Notes: generated from the letters alone by a model not told the origin. Shown: positions 37,821 through 51,272, counted from the first letter of the stretch. The stretch: DNA of 64,000 bases from Eledone cirrhosa (GCA_964016885.1 OZ024740.1:200074001-200138000), one strand, 5' to 3'. Numbers and translations are program-made.

Positions 37821-39094
37821 ATTACATACCTACATACATGGTCCACTAAATATTACAAAAAAAATGGGACGAATACATCTTTCGCTTTAATAGTTCCCGA
37901 TTGCCATTGAGGTCGATTCTTCCTCTATATAACTTTATCATTTTCCCTCTCAATCATTTTCGAGAAGAAATCTACTGTGTTCCGGCCTGGAGGGAAGGAG
38001 GCTTTACCGGACTCAAAACGCTCAAGAAAGGCCATATGCCACGACGATGCCACTACGACTCCAGAGGGCGGTGAATTGGCTGTATCGGTAGAGGGTCGGA
38101 CGCCACGCTTTGCAATACAGTTACGTCCCTTTATGGACTGAGTTCAAATCCCGCCGAGGTTAACTTTGCCTTTCATCCTTACGGGGTCCATAAAATAAAG
38201 TACCAGTAATGTACTGGCCGTGTGCCAAAAGTAGAAACAATGATGTATTTAATTACCAGATCCATTTTATTCTCATACCATCGAGGTTTCAATCCAATAG
38301 CAGTGAAGTTATACAGGGAAGTTATCTGGCAGCAATCACAAACTTTTAATGATGTCAATAAAAATGTATTATAAATCATGCAAGAACTGAACGGCATGAT
38401 AAAATATAGTCTCTGAAAATTTAAAGACTTAAACGTAACAGCAGTCTTTAAAGCAAAGTTAAAAAGGGCCAAAATACAATCTTTATTATAATTAAATACA
38501 AATATTCATGGTTTTACAACAACATTTAAAGAAATAAGAACTGTAGCCGAGACAATTATTGGTAACAAATTGACAGTTAAAAATCCCTTGATAACTAAAA
38601 CACGTTTTAATCTATTAAACGAAATATGTTAAGAAACAGAAATAAGGTATGGAGCAAATAACTCTAAACAAATACAGCAAATATTTAAAATGTAACCAAA
38701 GAATTTGTATTAAAATGTCATGTTGTTAAAGATAAATATGGCAATCTATTAAGCAATGCAAATAACGTAATTGAAAGATGGAAATAATGCTGTGAGGTGG
38801 AATTTTACAGTCAAGAAGTAAAGGTAGAATGTATAGTCCAGTATTCCCTTTGGAGTCGTAGTGGCATCGTCATGGCGTACGGCCTTTCTTGAGCATTTTG
38901 AGTCCGGTAAAGCCTCCTTCCCTCCAGGCCGGAACACAGTAGATTTCTTCTCGAAAATGATTGAGAGGGAAAATGATAAAGTTATATAGAGGAAGAATCG
39001 ACCTCAATGGCAATCGGGAACTATTAAAGCAAAAGATGTATTCGTCCCATATATTTTTGTAATATTTAATGGACCATGTGTGTAGGTATGTAAT
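37821..39094. repeat. About 250-bp inverted repeats (37821-38068 and 38846-39094) around an AT-rich core with an inserted SINE
   Basis: ttccggcctggagggaaggaggctttaccggactcaaaa is mirrored by ttttgagtccggtaaagcctccttccctccaggccggaa. Confidence 0.85.
38066..38240 (+). mobile_element. Full-length tRNA-derived Nin/Deu-domain SINE
   Basis: A-box-like tggctgtatcgg, B box gagttcaaatcc, core gcctttcatccttacggggtc..taaaataaagtaccag. Confidence 0.9.
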
Positions 39095-39100
39095 ACCTAC

Positions 39101-39303
39101 ATACATGGTCGGCTGAAATGTTCATAGGCTGGGAAAGATACTCCCATGGACTGATCAAATTAGGTTTATTTTTCAACATAGACCCTAGAAAGAAACAAGA
39201 TAGTTAATTATTTAAAAAAGTTGAAATTAATGCGAGCAAAATCTCACAGCTTTAGCATCACTCTTTCATAGTTAACCTATGAACCGTTCCGCTGACTTTA
39301 GTA
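39101..39303. mobile_element. Mariner-type MITE relic
   Basis: tacatggtcggctgaaatgttcatagg ... cctatgaaccgttccgctgactttagta form imperfect TIRs with TA ends. Confidence 0.45.
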
Positions 39304-39439
39304 CGCACATATATAGATGCTCACATACATATATTTACACACACACACACACACATTTATACATACATATATATATGTATATATATATATATATATGTCT
39401 GTGTGTGTGTGTAAAAATAAATAAATAAAATAAGAATTA

Positions 39440-39719
39440 CGTAGACATTACAATACAATGGGAGGAACACATAATAGTACCACTGATGAAGACTCAGATG
39501 TGCGACGAAAGGACTTTGATAGACTATATATATATATTTATATCTGTATTTTTAACCGCTGGTCAATCAATGATAAACATTGATTACCAAATAAATTTAC
39601 TATGGAGATATAAAAGACACAGAAGCGAAAACCAACCCAAAACAAACAGTGAGTGAGTTCTGTTATCATTGCTGGCAATATTATAACAATAAGACCCTCC
39701 TCAAATATAACAATATATA

Positions 39720-39720
<1 letters not shown>
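39440..39720 (+). mobile_element. PLE-terminus-like repeat with a degenerate hammerhead
   Basis: ca-CTGATGA-agactcagatgtgcgac-GAAA-ggacttt; homologous to parts of 3620-4048. Confidence 0.55.
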
Positions 39721-39753
<33 letters not shown>

Positions 39754-39795
39754 ATAAATAACAAAGAACGCCTATAGCATATGCATATCTTTACT

Positions 39796-39841
39796 TGCTA
39801 ACATTGTTTCATCCGCATTATAAGTGGGACTCATCAGAGCA
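39796..39841 (-). ncRNA. Minimal type I hammerhead ribozyme (inverted tail copy)
   Basis: Reverse complement of the 41302 motif with one substitution in stem II. Confidence 0.75.
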
Positions 39842-40665
39842 TAAAGGTTAATTACATACCACACAAGCAATAACAAATCCAAGACAGCTTTGACCCGGGT
39901 GTCCTACGCTATGTGTGTGTGCGTGTGTGTCTGTGTATACATTTATATCTGTATGGGTGTAGGTGGTTGTATATGTCTGTATATAAAAAAATATATATAA
40001 ATGTATACCGTCTCTGCATATGCATGTGGTGTGTATATGTGCATATACGTGCTGAACATATTGGTGTGTATAATCTTGTGATGTCCCAATGCGGTGACTT
40101 CATGGCTCTTGAAGCTATTTTTTATATATCTTTTGTCTTTTTATATATCTTTTGTATGCGCTCCAACTGTGTCTGCTTGCTTTGGCTAACCCGCCTGCAC
40201 CTTGCTTTCGGCCTCTTGCTACTGCACGTGAATTCTCCTACCTTCCTTCGATGTACCTCTGTTTGACCATTGGACTCCTGCCCGGGTGTGAACCGGTTTG
40301 TGATTACCCCACCGCTCAACTGTGTGAATGCACACCCGTGACTTTCGAGTGAACTTTTGAGACTGCCCAACCTGGGACGCCTCCATTGCCTTGCAATGGT
40401 CAAGTGATACTGGTGACTGTGACACTTAGTGCCTTCGTGGGCCCCTGATATTTTCAAGAAATATATTCTAAAAAAATGGTCAAGTGATACGGATAACTGT
40501 GACACTTAGTGCCTTCGTGGGCCCCTGATATATTCAAGAGATATATTCTAAAAAAATATATATCTTATCTCAATTTACTTTATTTTATTTTATTTTATTT
40601 CATTTCATTTTACTTAATTTTATTTATTTATTTATTTAATTTCATTCATTCATTTATTTATTTAC

Positions 40666-40697
<32 letters not shown>

Positions 40698-41301
40698 TTT
40701 TAATTTTAATTTTATTTATTTATTTAATTTTATTTATTTATTTATTTATTTAATTACATTTAATTATATCTTATATTATATTATTTTACTTTAGTCTATT
40801 TTATTTTATTTTAGTTTACCTTATTTTATCTTATTTTATGATTATATTATATTATGTTCTATTTTACATAATTTTAATTTTAATTTTATATTATTTTATT
40901 TCATTCCTTACCCTGTATCACTATTATCTGTATATTTTATATTTTATATGTATGTTTGTTATATTTTTTATATTTTCTTATATATATTATAAGTCTGTTT
41001 TTCACCTATTTTTTACCTACTCTTACCTAATCCTATCTATCTTATCTACTCTTGTCTGTTCTCTTATCCATGTGTATGCTTGTATGTAACTATATGTTGA
41101 CAGCACCCCGCCCAACTGTGACTGATAGCACCCCTTATTTTTCATTGTTTATTTTATTATTTTTATTTTTATTTTTATTTTTATTTTTATTTTTATTTTT
41201 ATTTTTACTTTTACTTCCTTAATATCCTTTATCTTCTATTATTTTTCATTCTTCAATGTCTTGGATTTGTTATTGCTTGTGTGGTATGTAATTAACCTTT
41301 A

Positions 41302-41347
41302 TGCTCTGATGAGTCCCACTTATAGTGCGGATGAAACAATGTTAGCA
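41302..41347 (+). ncRNA. Minimal type I hammerhead ribozyme in the 5' pLTR
   Basis: tgct-CTGATGA-gtcc-cac-ttata-gtg-c-ggat-GAAA-c-aat-g-TT-agca. Confidence 0.8.
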
Positions 41348-41556
41348 AGTAAAGATATGCATATGCTATAGGCGTTCTTTGTTATTTATTATATCACGGC
41401 TCTGTCCTCAGACATCGAGCTAACCTTATACTGCCTGCTGGATAAGTGGAGTGTTATACACCCCTGATCCTCTCCCTAGTATACTATACGGCTCCCACTG
41501 GTTGAGCTTAAACTTTGATATACGTGGATTTGTGTCCTTGTATATTATCAGGCAGT

Positions 41557-44032
41557 ATGCTAACAAAGACATACTTACCCATTTCCTTGAAGAATATCCC
41601 CCCCCCCTAAAATCTCATATGAGAAATCACTGATAACTAGCATAAACTCATTCGTAAAACGTGTTCGGTGGCGTGCGTTCCATTTTGATAAGAAGTATGA
41701 TAGCCCTGAAGAGAGGCGTAGTTTTAATAATTATGGATTTAAGACTTATAGGAGCCCCCCGCATAATAGCCTGTTGGATAACTTCGAAAGTGAGCTATTA
41801 TCCCTTGTTAGGAATATTAGATATAAAAAATCTAGATGTACCAATAAATTTCAGAGTAAACTAAGTTCAATCGTTAGGGACTTTAGGGATAATAAATCCA
41901 TTCTGGTCCCCTCTGACAAAACTAAAAACTTATAAAACCTATCGAGGCTTCATTTATAATGAACTACATAGGAACTACAAAAAAACAACGCAGATTAATT
42001 TAGATAATATTAATCTGGAGGGGTATAACATAGTGGTAAAACTAGGTCTGGATAAACACACTCAGCCTTATTACCCCAAGCAGCCTAGATTCACCCTCAA
42101 GGACCACAAGGAAGATTTCATTAGCAGACCCTCAGTTAGGCTTATCTGCCCCTCCGGGTCTGACCTGGGGATTATTAGTAAGGGAATCTTGGATAGCGTT
42201 ATTCCCCTGGTTAGAGAAAAAACTTTCCTTGAGCTTTGGGGTAACACTAGTGAAGTCATTAGGTGGTTCTCTACGGATTGTGGTCGTGACTCACTCAAAT
42301 TCATCCAATTTGATATTGATGCTTATTATACATCTATATCTCCTATTATCCTCAATAAGGCCCTCATCCTAGCCATGCAGAGGGGGGCAATTACAAGGCC
42401 ACAGATAGATATTGTTCTCGCTGCACGTAAAACCATTATCATGTTTGAGGATAATCTATGGACGAGAAAAAACACACCTGATAATTTTGACATTACTATG
42501 GGGTCGAGTGACTCTGCTCAGGTCACCGACTTAGTTGGGCTATACCTCCTCAATGAACTGCATAGCAACTTCCCTTTCCTTAGGGGCGGGTTGTACCGGG
42601 ATGACGCCCTACTCTCCATAGATACTAGTAAGTATAATATAGTGCGCATTAGGAAAAAGCTGCATAGTTTTTTTTTAAACCTTTAACCTATCCATTACTA
42701 TGGATATAAATGATAGAACTGTGGACTTCCTGGATGTTACATTAGACTTGGATAACCATACGTACACACCGTACCATAAGCCTAATGAATTGCTGACTTA
42801 CGTGAATACCAACTCTAACCACCCTAGGTCGGTCATCAGCGGTATACTGAAGGGCGTATGTAACAGAATAAGTTCACTCTCACATAGTGAGGAGGCGTTT
42901 GACTCGCAGGCTGATTACTATAATGATGCCTTAGCTAGATCCGGCTTTAGGGACAAATTGTATTACACCCAGGGAAATAATAGTCCTAATAGTAGCTCTA
43001 CCAGTGTTGTTATAACACATAATATGTCCATTGGTAATGGAGGTGTCGCGAATGGGAGGGTTCTAAATGCCGGTGGAATGAAGCAGCAGGGTACCATTAG
43101 TCTAAGTAATAGCAATAGAGGTGTCGCGAATGGGAGGTTTCTAAATGCCGGTGGAATGAACCAGCAGGGCACCATTAGTCTAAGTAATAGCAATGGTAGG
43201 CCTCGCAGCTCCCCGCATAGACTAGGTGAGCATAGTAACCGTAGAAATAATAATGCTAATAATAGTGATGGAAATAGAAAGAATAAAAAGAATAGAAGAA
43301 GATTGAATACATACTTCAACCCCCCTTTTAATTCTGAAGTGGCTATAAATATTCCTAGGGCCTTCTTCTCTGTGTTAGAAAGGAACTTCCCTCCTGGTAA
43401 TAGGTACCACTCTATCCTCAATAAGAATGTTGTTAAACTTTCGTATTCTACAACCCAAAATCTGGAATCTCATCTGGCCATTACTAATAATAAGAAAATT
43501 AAGGAAGGCCTGGACAACCTAAGCCTAGGGGAAAACACAGTAGTGGACAGAGTGGGCCGAAACACAAGTGGTGATCATTCTGAGAATAGCATCACCAGAA
43601 GTTGTAACTGTAGAAGGGCTTCAGGCTGCCCCCTGAATGGTTTCTGCCTTGTTAGAAACATTGTTTATGCGTGTGATGTGGTAACTACGGCGTCCACTAA
43701 AACCTATATAGGATCAACCTCCACCCCCTTTAAGACCAGGTTTAACTCTCACCAGTGCACTTTTAGACATAATAAACTGAGGAACTCCACCTCCTTGGCA
43801 GGGTACGTCCACAATTTAAAAAAATGCACGAACACATTACACACTTACTTGGCGGCAGGTTGCTAAATCCCATCCATATACTCCTCATAATAGAGTATGT
43901 AACCTATGCCTTGCCGAATCCCACTCTATTATATTTGCTAAATGCCCTCTACTAAATAGAAAGTCAGAAATATTTTCCTCTTGCCCCCACCGAATATTAA
44001 GCTCTTTCTTCTACTTTAAACCTATTAGCTAG
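41557..44032 (+). pseudogene. PLE reverse transcriptase plus GIY-YIG endonuclease polyprotein with about four frameshifts
   Basis: MLTKTYLPISLKNIP, PSDKT, TLKDHK..RLICP, QFDIDAYYTSI, ITMGS, LYRDD, VDFLDVTLDL, YFNPPFN, CNC....CPLNGFCL..NIVY..TYIGSTSTPFKTRFNSH, CNLCLAE..LNRKSE..SCPHR. Confidence 0.92.
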
Positions 44033-45562
44033 CACTTCCTTATTTCTCCAGTTGGGCTATCTTGTGTAACTGTCTCTGATTGTGTGTAACTGTCTCCTAT
44101 TGTTTGTCTCCTATGTATATGAGTCGGAGAGTGTATACGTATGCCTGCGGGAGGATATTGATCTGGATATTGGGGTGTACAGGTGAGTGGGTGTGTATGT
44201 TAATAAGCACCCCTGTTTGGCACAGCGGATGTAACCCATCCACGCTCGCCTACCCACCATTGGTGCATTGGTGGGCCTATCCTGACGTGTATCTTGTGGA
44301 TCTGTACCTCTGTATGCGCATGAGTTGTGATGTAATGTATCTATGTAGAGCGTGTACTGTGATATAGGCTGCACTAATAGAAATTTAGCCTGTAACTGTG
44401 GGCGGACCTGTGCCATCTCGCCGTAAGCAGTAGATACGTGGCGCATGTACGTGTTGCCCTCCTATTCTGTGGTTTAAGATCTACAGGCTGACTTCTGGGA
44501 GCTCTTGCCCGGGGTTGTAGTCTTTCTAGCACGATCGGCCTTCCATATATTGACGGTCGTTGTTATGATCCCGAAAGTAACGTGTTGGCCCCGATAGCCC
44601 TCCATAGTTACTAACGGTCTGTGTACACTTAAATCGGGCAATGGCACGTGCGGACATGATTATCGCCGTAGGAATTCAATTTTATTTTACTACATCTCAT
44701 CGTATGTATTTATTTTGAATGTATTATCCGTGGTGGTGGGTCTTGCCTAATGTGGTATTTCTGTGTTTAATATCAGCTTTGACCCGGGTGTCCTACGCTG
44801 TGTGTGTGTGCGTGTGTGTCTGTGTATACATTTATATGTGTATGGGTGTAGGTGGTTGTATATGTCTGTATATAAAAAAATATATATATATGTATACCGT
44901 CTCTGCATATGCATGTGGTGTGTATATGTGCATATACGTGCTGAACATATTGGTGTGTATAATCTTGTGATGTCCCAATGCGGTGACTTCATGGCTCTTG
45001 AAGCTATTTTTTATATATCTTTTGTCTTTTTATATATCTTTTGTATGCGCTCCAACTGTGTCTGCTTGCTTTGGCTAACCCGCCTGCACCTTGCTTTCGG
45101 CCTCTTGCTACTGCACGTGAATTCTCCTACCTTCCTTCGATGTACCTCTGTTTGACCATTGGACTCCTGCCCGGGTGTGAACCGGTTTGTGATTACCCCA
45201 CCGCTCAACTGTGTGAATGCACACCCGTGACTTTCGAGTGAACTTTTGAGACTACCCAACCTGGGACGCCTCCATTGCCTTGCAATGGTCAAGTGATACT
45301 GGTGACTGTGACACTTAGTGCCTTCGTGGGCCCCTGATATTTTCAAGAAATATATTCTAAAAAAATGGTCAAGTGATACGGATAACTGTGACACTTAGTG
45401 CCTTCGTGGGCCCCTGATATATTCAAGAGATATATTCTAAAAAAATATATATCTTATCTCAATTTACTTTATTTTATTTTATTTTATTTCATTTCATTTT
45501 ATTTAATTTAATTTATTTATTTATTTAATTTCATTCATTCATTTATTTATTTATTTATTTAC

Positions 45563-45598
<36 letters not shown>

Positions 45599-46205
45599 TT
45601 TTAATTTTAATTTTATTTATTTATTTAATTTTATTTATTTATTTTTTTATTTATTTATTTAATTACATTTAATTATATCTTATATTATATTATTTTACTT
45701 TAGTCTATTTTATTTTATTTTAGTTTACCTTATTTTATCTTATTTTATGATTATATTATATTATGTTCTATTTTATATAATTTTAATTTTAATTTTATAT
45801 TATTTTATTTCATTCCTTACCCTGTATCACTATTATCTGTATATTTTATATTTTATATGTATGTTTGTTATATTTTTTTATATTTTCTTATATATATTAT
45901 AAGTCTGTTTTTCACCTATTTTTTACCTACTCTTACCTAATCCTATCTATCTTATCTACTCTTGTCTGTTCTCTTATCCATGTGTATGCTTGTATGTAAC
46001 TATATGTTGACAGCACCCCGCCCAACTGTGACTGATAGCACCCCTTATTTTTCATTGTTTATTTTATTATTTTTATTTTTATTTTTATTTTTATTTTTAT
46101 TTTTATTTTTACTTTTACTTCCTTAATATCCTTTATCTTCTATTATTTTTCATTCTTCAATGTCTTGGATTTGTTATTGCTTGTGTGGTATGTAATTAAC
46201 CTTTA

Positions 46206-46251
46206 TGCTCTGATGAGTCCCACTTATAGTGCGGATGAAACAATGTTAGCA
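46206..46251 (+). ncRNA. Minimal type I hammerhead ribozyme in the 3' pLTR
   Basis: Identical to 41302-41347. Confidence 0.8.
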
Positions 46252-47466
46252 AGTAAAGATATGCATATGCTATAGGCGTTCTTTGTTATTTATTATATCA
46301 CGGCTCTGTCCTCAGACATCGAGCTAACCTTATACTGCCTGCTGGATAAGTGGAGTGTTATACACCCCTGATCCTCTCCCTAGTATACTATATATATATA
46401 TATATATATATATGTTAGGAATTTAAACTTTTAAAATGTCAAGTTCATGTTTAATACCTGGTGGTTGTTTCTGATTAAACCATGCCATTTCCAATGAGTC
46501 ACATAGCCAAATATGTTAACACTACCAATGACGGAACACCCAAAAGTGAGAAAACCATCATGTATAGTTATTATATTTCTATGATTTAAATAATTAAGAA
46601 TTCGAAGAGATTGAGTAAAGTAACTAGATTTCTCATTATTAAGCTAATATATGGAACATAACGTGACTAGATTTATCTTAATGTTTATGATGGAACGTAT
46701 TTAATTTAACATAAATACTTTACAACAACCAGGTTTGTCTCGTAGAATCGGTGGTGGTTTGAAGCGGTTAGAAGGGTAACATAGCAAAAGTATTGTATAT
46801 TTTCCTTTCTGGGTTGTAACTAACTATACCTATTGAAAAGAAGGCTGATTTCTACTGTTTAGCAGATTGGTAATTTTAATACTCTAGCAACACGCTCCCT
46901 TCCTCTATTTTTCCATTTTTCAATATACTACTGATTTTAATATCAGTAAATTACTGGGCCGAATCAATGTATGTTAGAATCTTTGAAAAGTTCTTAAAAA
47001 AATACTCGTACGAATTAAATACATAAATGTTTCAGTCCAAAACAAAAGCAAGCTATTTCAAATTATATATTTTTGAATAATAAACGAGAATGTTCTCAAA
47101 GATTTGATGTCAGACGAAAATGTTTCTTTTTTTTTAAATTCTATATTTCACTGTTAGTCGTTGTAATATTTTGGTAAGATATACATTTCTACAATTCAAA
47201 CTGTAAAGTCAAAATACAAAAGATGCAAAATATGAAGAATTTCTTACCTGAATCACAAACTGACGGGAAAAATAGTACTTTGCAAAATAAAATGCCTCGA
47301 TCACAAACTTTGTTGCAACGAATAAATTGAGATGTTTGGTGATAGTGAGCAAAAAGTATCTGTATCCCTTATATATATATATACATAGATAAATACACAC
47401 ACACACACACATACAGACACACGCGCACACACACACACACACAAAATTGTGTGTGTGTGTCTGTAT

Positions 47467-50400
47467 GTACTTACTTGTACTTGTGTCGACATTCACCCTG
47501 GACGGGTTGAGCAGCCTCTTCCCTTGTCCTGACGGCATCCCGAACCATGGCAGCCCACGCACGACAGTCCGGGATAGGTCACTGGAGATATCGAGCCAGT
47601 CACGGTTCCATCGGCGCAGACCGACCACCTGCGGACGTGAGAGTTCGGAGTTGTCCTCCTTGATCGTGGTTGCCCAGGTCTTCAGCTGCCCGCCAAAGCG
47701 CTTGCGCCAGTTAGGGCGTGGAGGTAGGAGGAGAACATCGTGGTTCAGCTCACCCACAGGGCGCCGGGCTGCGTAACCAAACCATCTCAAGCGCCGTTGC
47801 AGAGGCACTGAAGGAAGTGGTCGAAAATTCAAGCGAAGACGAAGACTGGTGGTAGGTACCCGATCAACGCATCGGCAGCGAAGAATGCGGTGGAGACAGT
47901 CATTGTCGAAGACCCCCAGCCCTCGTTCATCGACTACCCTCATAGGCCATTTTTCACAGCCATAGAGGAGGATAGTGCAAATGACGGCCTGGTAGATTCA
48001 CCCTTTGGTCGCCGAGGTGATATCTCTTCTGTCCCACAGACACCGCTGGGGCGCCCAAAAGCGGACCTGGCAGCACCTATGCGACGCTTGATCTCGGCTG
48101 CGCCCTTCCCGTTGGAACCATTGTTGAGCACAGGTAAACGAAGGACTCCACATCCTCCAGGTCCACGCCTTCGAGAGTTATTGGCTGCCAGGCATCATGT
48201 GAGACCAGTGACGTCATGACTTTCGACTTGGCGGCATTGATTCGTAGACCAACAGCGGCGGCTGCAGTGTGCACCCTTTTGAGAGCACCTTGTGCATCTG
48301 TCCCGTTAGCACCCATCAGCATGATGTCATCCGCGTAGCCCAGGTCTATCACCACGACCCCTCTCCCGACCTCTACGCCCGAGTAATCCCGGAGCGCTGT
48401 GTTCAGAGTGTACTCAATCGCGTAGTTAAAGAGAGTTGGGGATAGCGCACACCCCTGCCGAACACCAGTCCCAACATCGAACGACTCCGTGTCCCCACCA
48501 TAGACCCTCACTCGAGCCCGAGTCGACCGGTAGTAGCCTTGTATGAGACAAAGCAGCTTCATTTGGATGCCGTCCGCCTGCATTATACGCCATAGGGCTT
48601 CCCAATCTACCGAGTCGAAGGCGGCTGCAAAGTCAATGAAGCAGAGGACAGTAGGCTGTTGACGTGCCCACCGTTGTTCCAGGACACGCAGGAGAATGAA
48701 GATTTGATCAACATACCCCCTCCCTGGACGGAAGCCGCCCTGAGAAGGACGGGTACGGACGTCACGGATGGCCTGGTACCTCTTCAGCAGAGGAATTGCG
48801 AAGGTCTTGGCAGCAGCGTCAATTAAACTGATACCCTTGTAGTTGGAACACAGTTTCCTGTCACCTTTTTTGAAGAAGGGTAGGAGAGTCACCAGGGAAC
48901 CGCCCCGTCGCCCATACAGAGGAGAATACTCAATGGGGCCAAGCTGCGAAGACATCAGGCTCGGCCTTGTAGACCTCAGCTGGAACGCCTTCCTCGCCCG
49001 GCGCATTGTTGTTCCGGAGTTTGTCAGGACACCACGTACCTCCTCGACCGTTGCATAGGCAGTGCTGCACCCGTATTCTTCTCCGAAAGGCTGCACGTAG
49101 GTTGGCGTGGATGGTGGCGGGTGGTTGAGCAGCTCGGAGAAATGGTCCCGCCATCGGACTAGCCGGTCATTAAGATTGGTAATGACCGCCCCGTTCCGAT
49201 CACGGATCGTCTCGCTGATACCCGTACTGCTTCGGCTGGCCCGCTTCACCAGTTGGTAGAGCTTGCGCGAGTCACCACAGGCTGCTGCCCTCTTCGTCTG
49301 CCCCGCAAACTCGCGCCAGTGTACATTCCGATCGGCCCGATAAGCCCGAGATGTGCGATGTCTGAGATATCGAAGATTGGGTGCACCCTCGAGTCGGGCC
49401 ACTCTCGCCCTCTCCGCGAGTTCAAGAGTGCCGCCGGAGATCCAGTCCCGATGGGGTCTTTGGGTCGACCCGAAATGCTCCCTGACCCCCTCAACCGTCG
49501 CCGTCCTGAGCGCCTTCCACTCCTGCTCCGGTTGCAGTTCCACTTCGTTACTCAGCATTTGGAATCGGTTTCGCAGCTCTAGCCGGAAAGCATTTCCAGC
49601 CTCAAACTTGAGTCGCGAAATGTCGATCCTTTTCTGGCGGTTAGGAGGAGGTTTCGCCCGCAGCCGCAGACGAAGGGTTGCTCAAACAAGAGTATGGTTT
49701 GACCCATGCTCACTGCCCGTATCATACCCCCGCCCCATATGAACGCGAGTCCATCACTGAGCTGGCCCACCGAGATCTGACCAAGATGTAGTCAATCTGA
49801 TTGGCCGTTCTTCCGTCATTGGATCTCCACGTGACGATGTGACGCCGGGGATGGTGGAACCGGGTGTTGGTGACGATAAGACGATTGGCACCCGCGAAGG
49901 ACACGAGCCGTTCACCGTTGTCACAGCGTACGCCCAGGGCGAAGCATCCTAGAATATACCGTGTTGTATCATCAGCCGGCCCGTCGGCGCATTCCACTCC
50001 CCAGCGACAAGGAGAACATCACTGGAGGGGACGCCATCCACGGTTCTTTGGAGATCGGCATAGAACTGCGTCTTGTCCGCCTCGTCTGCATTGAGTGTGG
50101 GAGCGTAGACGGCAACTACGCTGATGTTGGAGATTTGAACCTTCAATCGAACCAGCGCGAGTCGATGTGAGATCGGCTGCCACGCCAAGCAGAGCCGCTG
50201 TTGTCAGTCACGCCACTATGGTGCAAGTGGTAGGAGATGTCCTCGCCAGGAACTTTGATCGGAAGATGACCAACATCGGGAAGTCGAACTTCTGAAAGGC
50301 AAGCGACACTAACGCAGTACCTGTGCAGAGCCTTCACTGGACACCATCGTCACGAAGTGTTCGGACGGTCCAGCACACCACCCTCAATTCCTTCCTTCGT

Positions 50401-50560
50401 CTGAAGAGCGGGACTACTGCGGGAGTAGTCTGTAGAGCCATAGCGGTAGGGGCGCTGTTGCTTTGCATTGCGTTCGTAGAGGGAAGGCAATTTGTATTCA
50501 TGGTTCGTATTTGTAGGATTCATGGAAGAAGTGTCATGGGAGTAGTGAATTCACAAGCGG
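47467..50560 (-). mobile_element. Near full-length RTE-clade LINE (AP endonuclease plus RT), frameshifted, with a short acaagt-repeat tail
   Basis: VCWTVRTL, ACLSEVR, VYAPT, AGEWNA, NQIDYIL, QGGFRPGRGYVDQIF, FIDFAAAFDSV, GVRQGCALSPTLFN, LGYADD, RRLRWFGY; 3' end gacacaagtacaagtaagta. Confidence 0.93.
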
Positions 50561-50849
50561 TCCTCTAAAAAATTCCGCATGTATATCCCGAACGAGGGGA
50601 GAAAAAGGTCCTGTCTGCCGCAGATTCTCCACAGACGCAGAGACAGAAACGATTCGAAGCCGCCAGTTACCGGTGCAGACATATTTTGTCTGTGTGTGCC
50701 TTGATTTGGGTATAGAAAGAATTTTGTCTCTAGTTTTTATTGCCGGTTCAAAGGCCACTGCTCTTTTCAATAACTTCAAATAACAACGCCATATTTATAT
50801 ATTTATATTAAGCAGCGATTCTTTGCTTAAACTTTAATCTGTTATTTTA

Positions 50850-50883
<34 letters not shown>

Positions 50884-51062
50884 GGGGGGACAGAGAGAGT
50901 AAGAAATGTGTGTGTGTTTGTTTGGTACACGTCTACCTATCTATCTATCTATCTATCTATCTCTCCCTCCAACAGGAGGCTCAAACATGTGGCGCGCGAA
51001 CTACTTTTCTATGGCTCGTGGTAGAACCAATATTTCAGAATCCATTATAACTGGTGTAAATA

Positions 51063-51272
51063 AGGCGGTGAGCTGGTGGAATTGTTAGCACGTCTAGCAA
51101 AATTCTTAGCGGTACTTGCTCCGTTTTTAGGTTCCGAGTTCAAATTAGGCTGAACTCAACTTTGCCTTTCATCCTTTTGGGGTCGATAAATTAAGTTCCA
51201 GTTGTGAACTGGGAACGATGTAATCGACGGGACCCTAAACCCTAAATTTCATGCCTTGGTCCTATAGTAGAA
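51063..51272 (+). mobile_element. tRNA-derived Nin/Deu-domain SINE, full length
   Basis: aggcggtgagctggtggaattgttag head, gagttcaaatt B box, tttgcctttcatccttttggggtcgataaattaag core. Confidence 0.85.

Larger units (their letters stand above)
39746..46390 (+). mobile_element. Essentially full-length Penelope-like retroelement: inverted tail, pLTR, RT/GIY-YIG ORF, pLTR; inserted in (TA)n
   Basis: Direct repeats 39885-41487 and 44774-46390; 39746-39886 is the reverse complement of about 41257-41394; (TA)n on both sides. Confidence 0.95.

Noticed and set aside
39885-46390. LTR retrotransposon
   Set aside because: No gag, protease, integrase or TG..CA ends; the repeats are PLE pseudo-LTRs with hammerheads.
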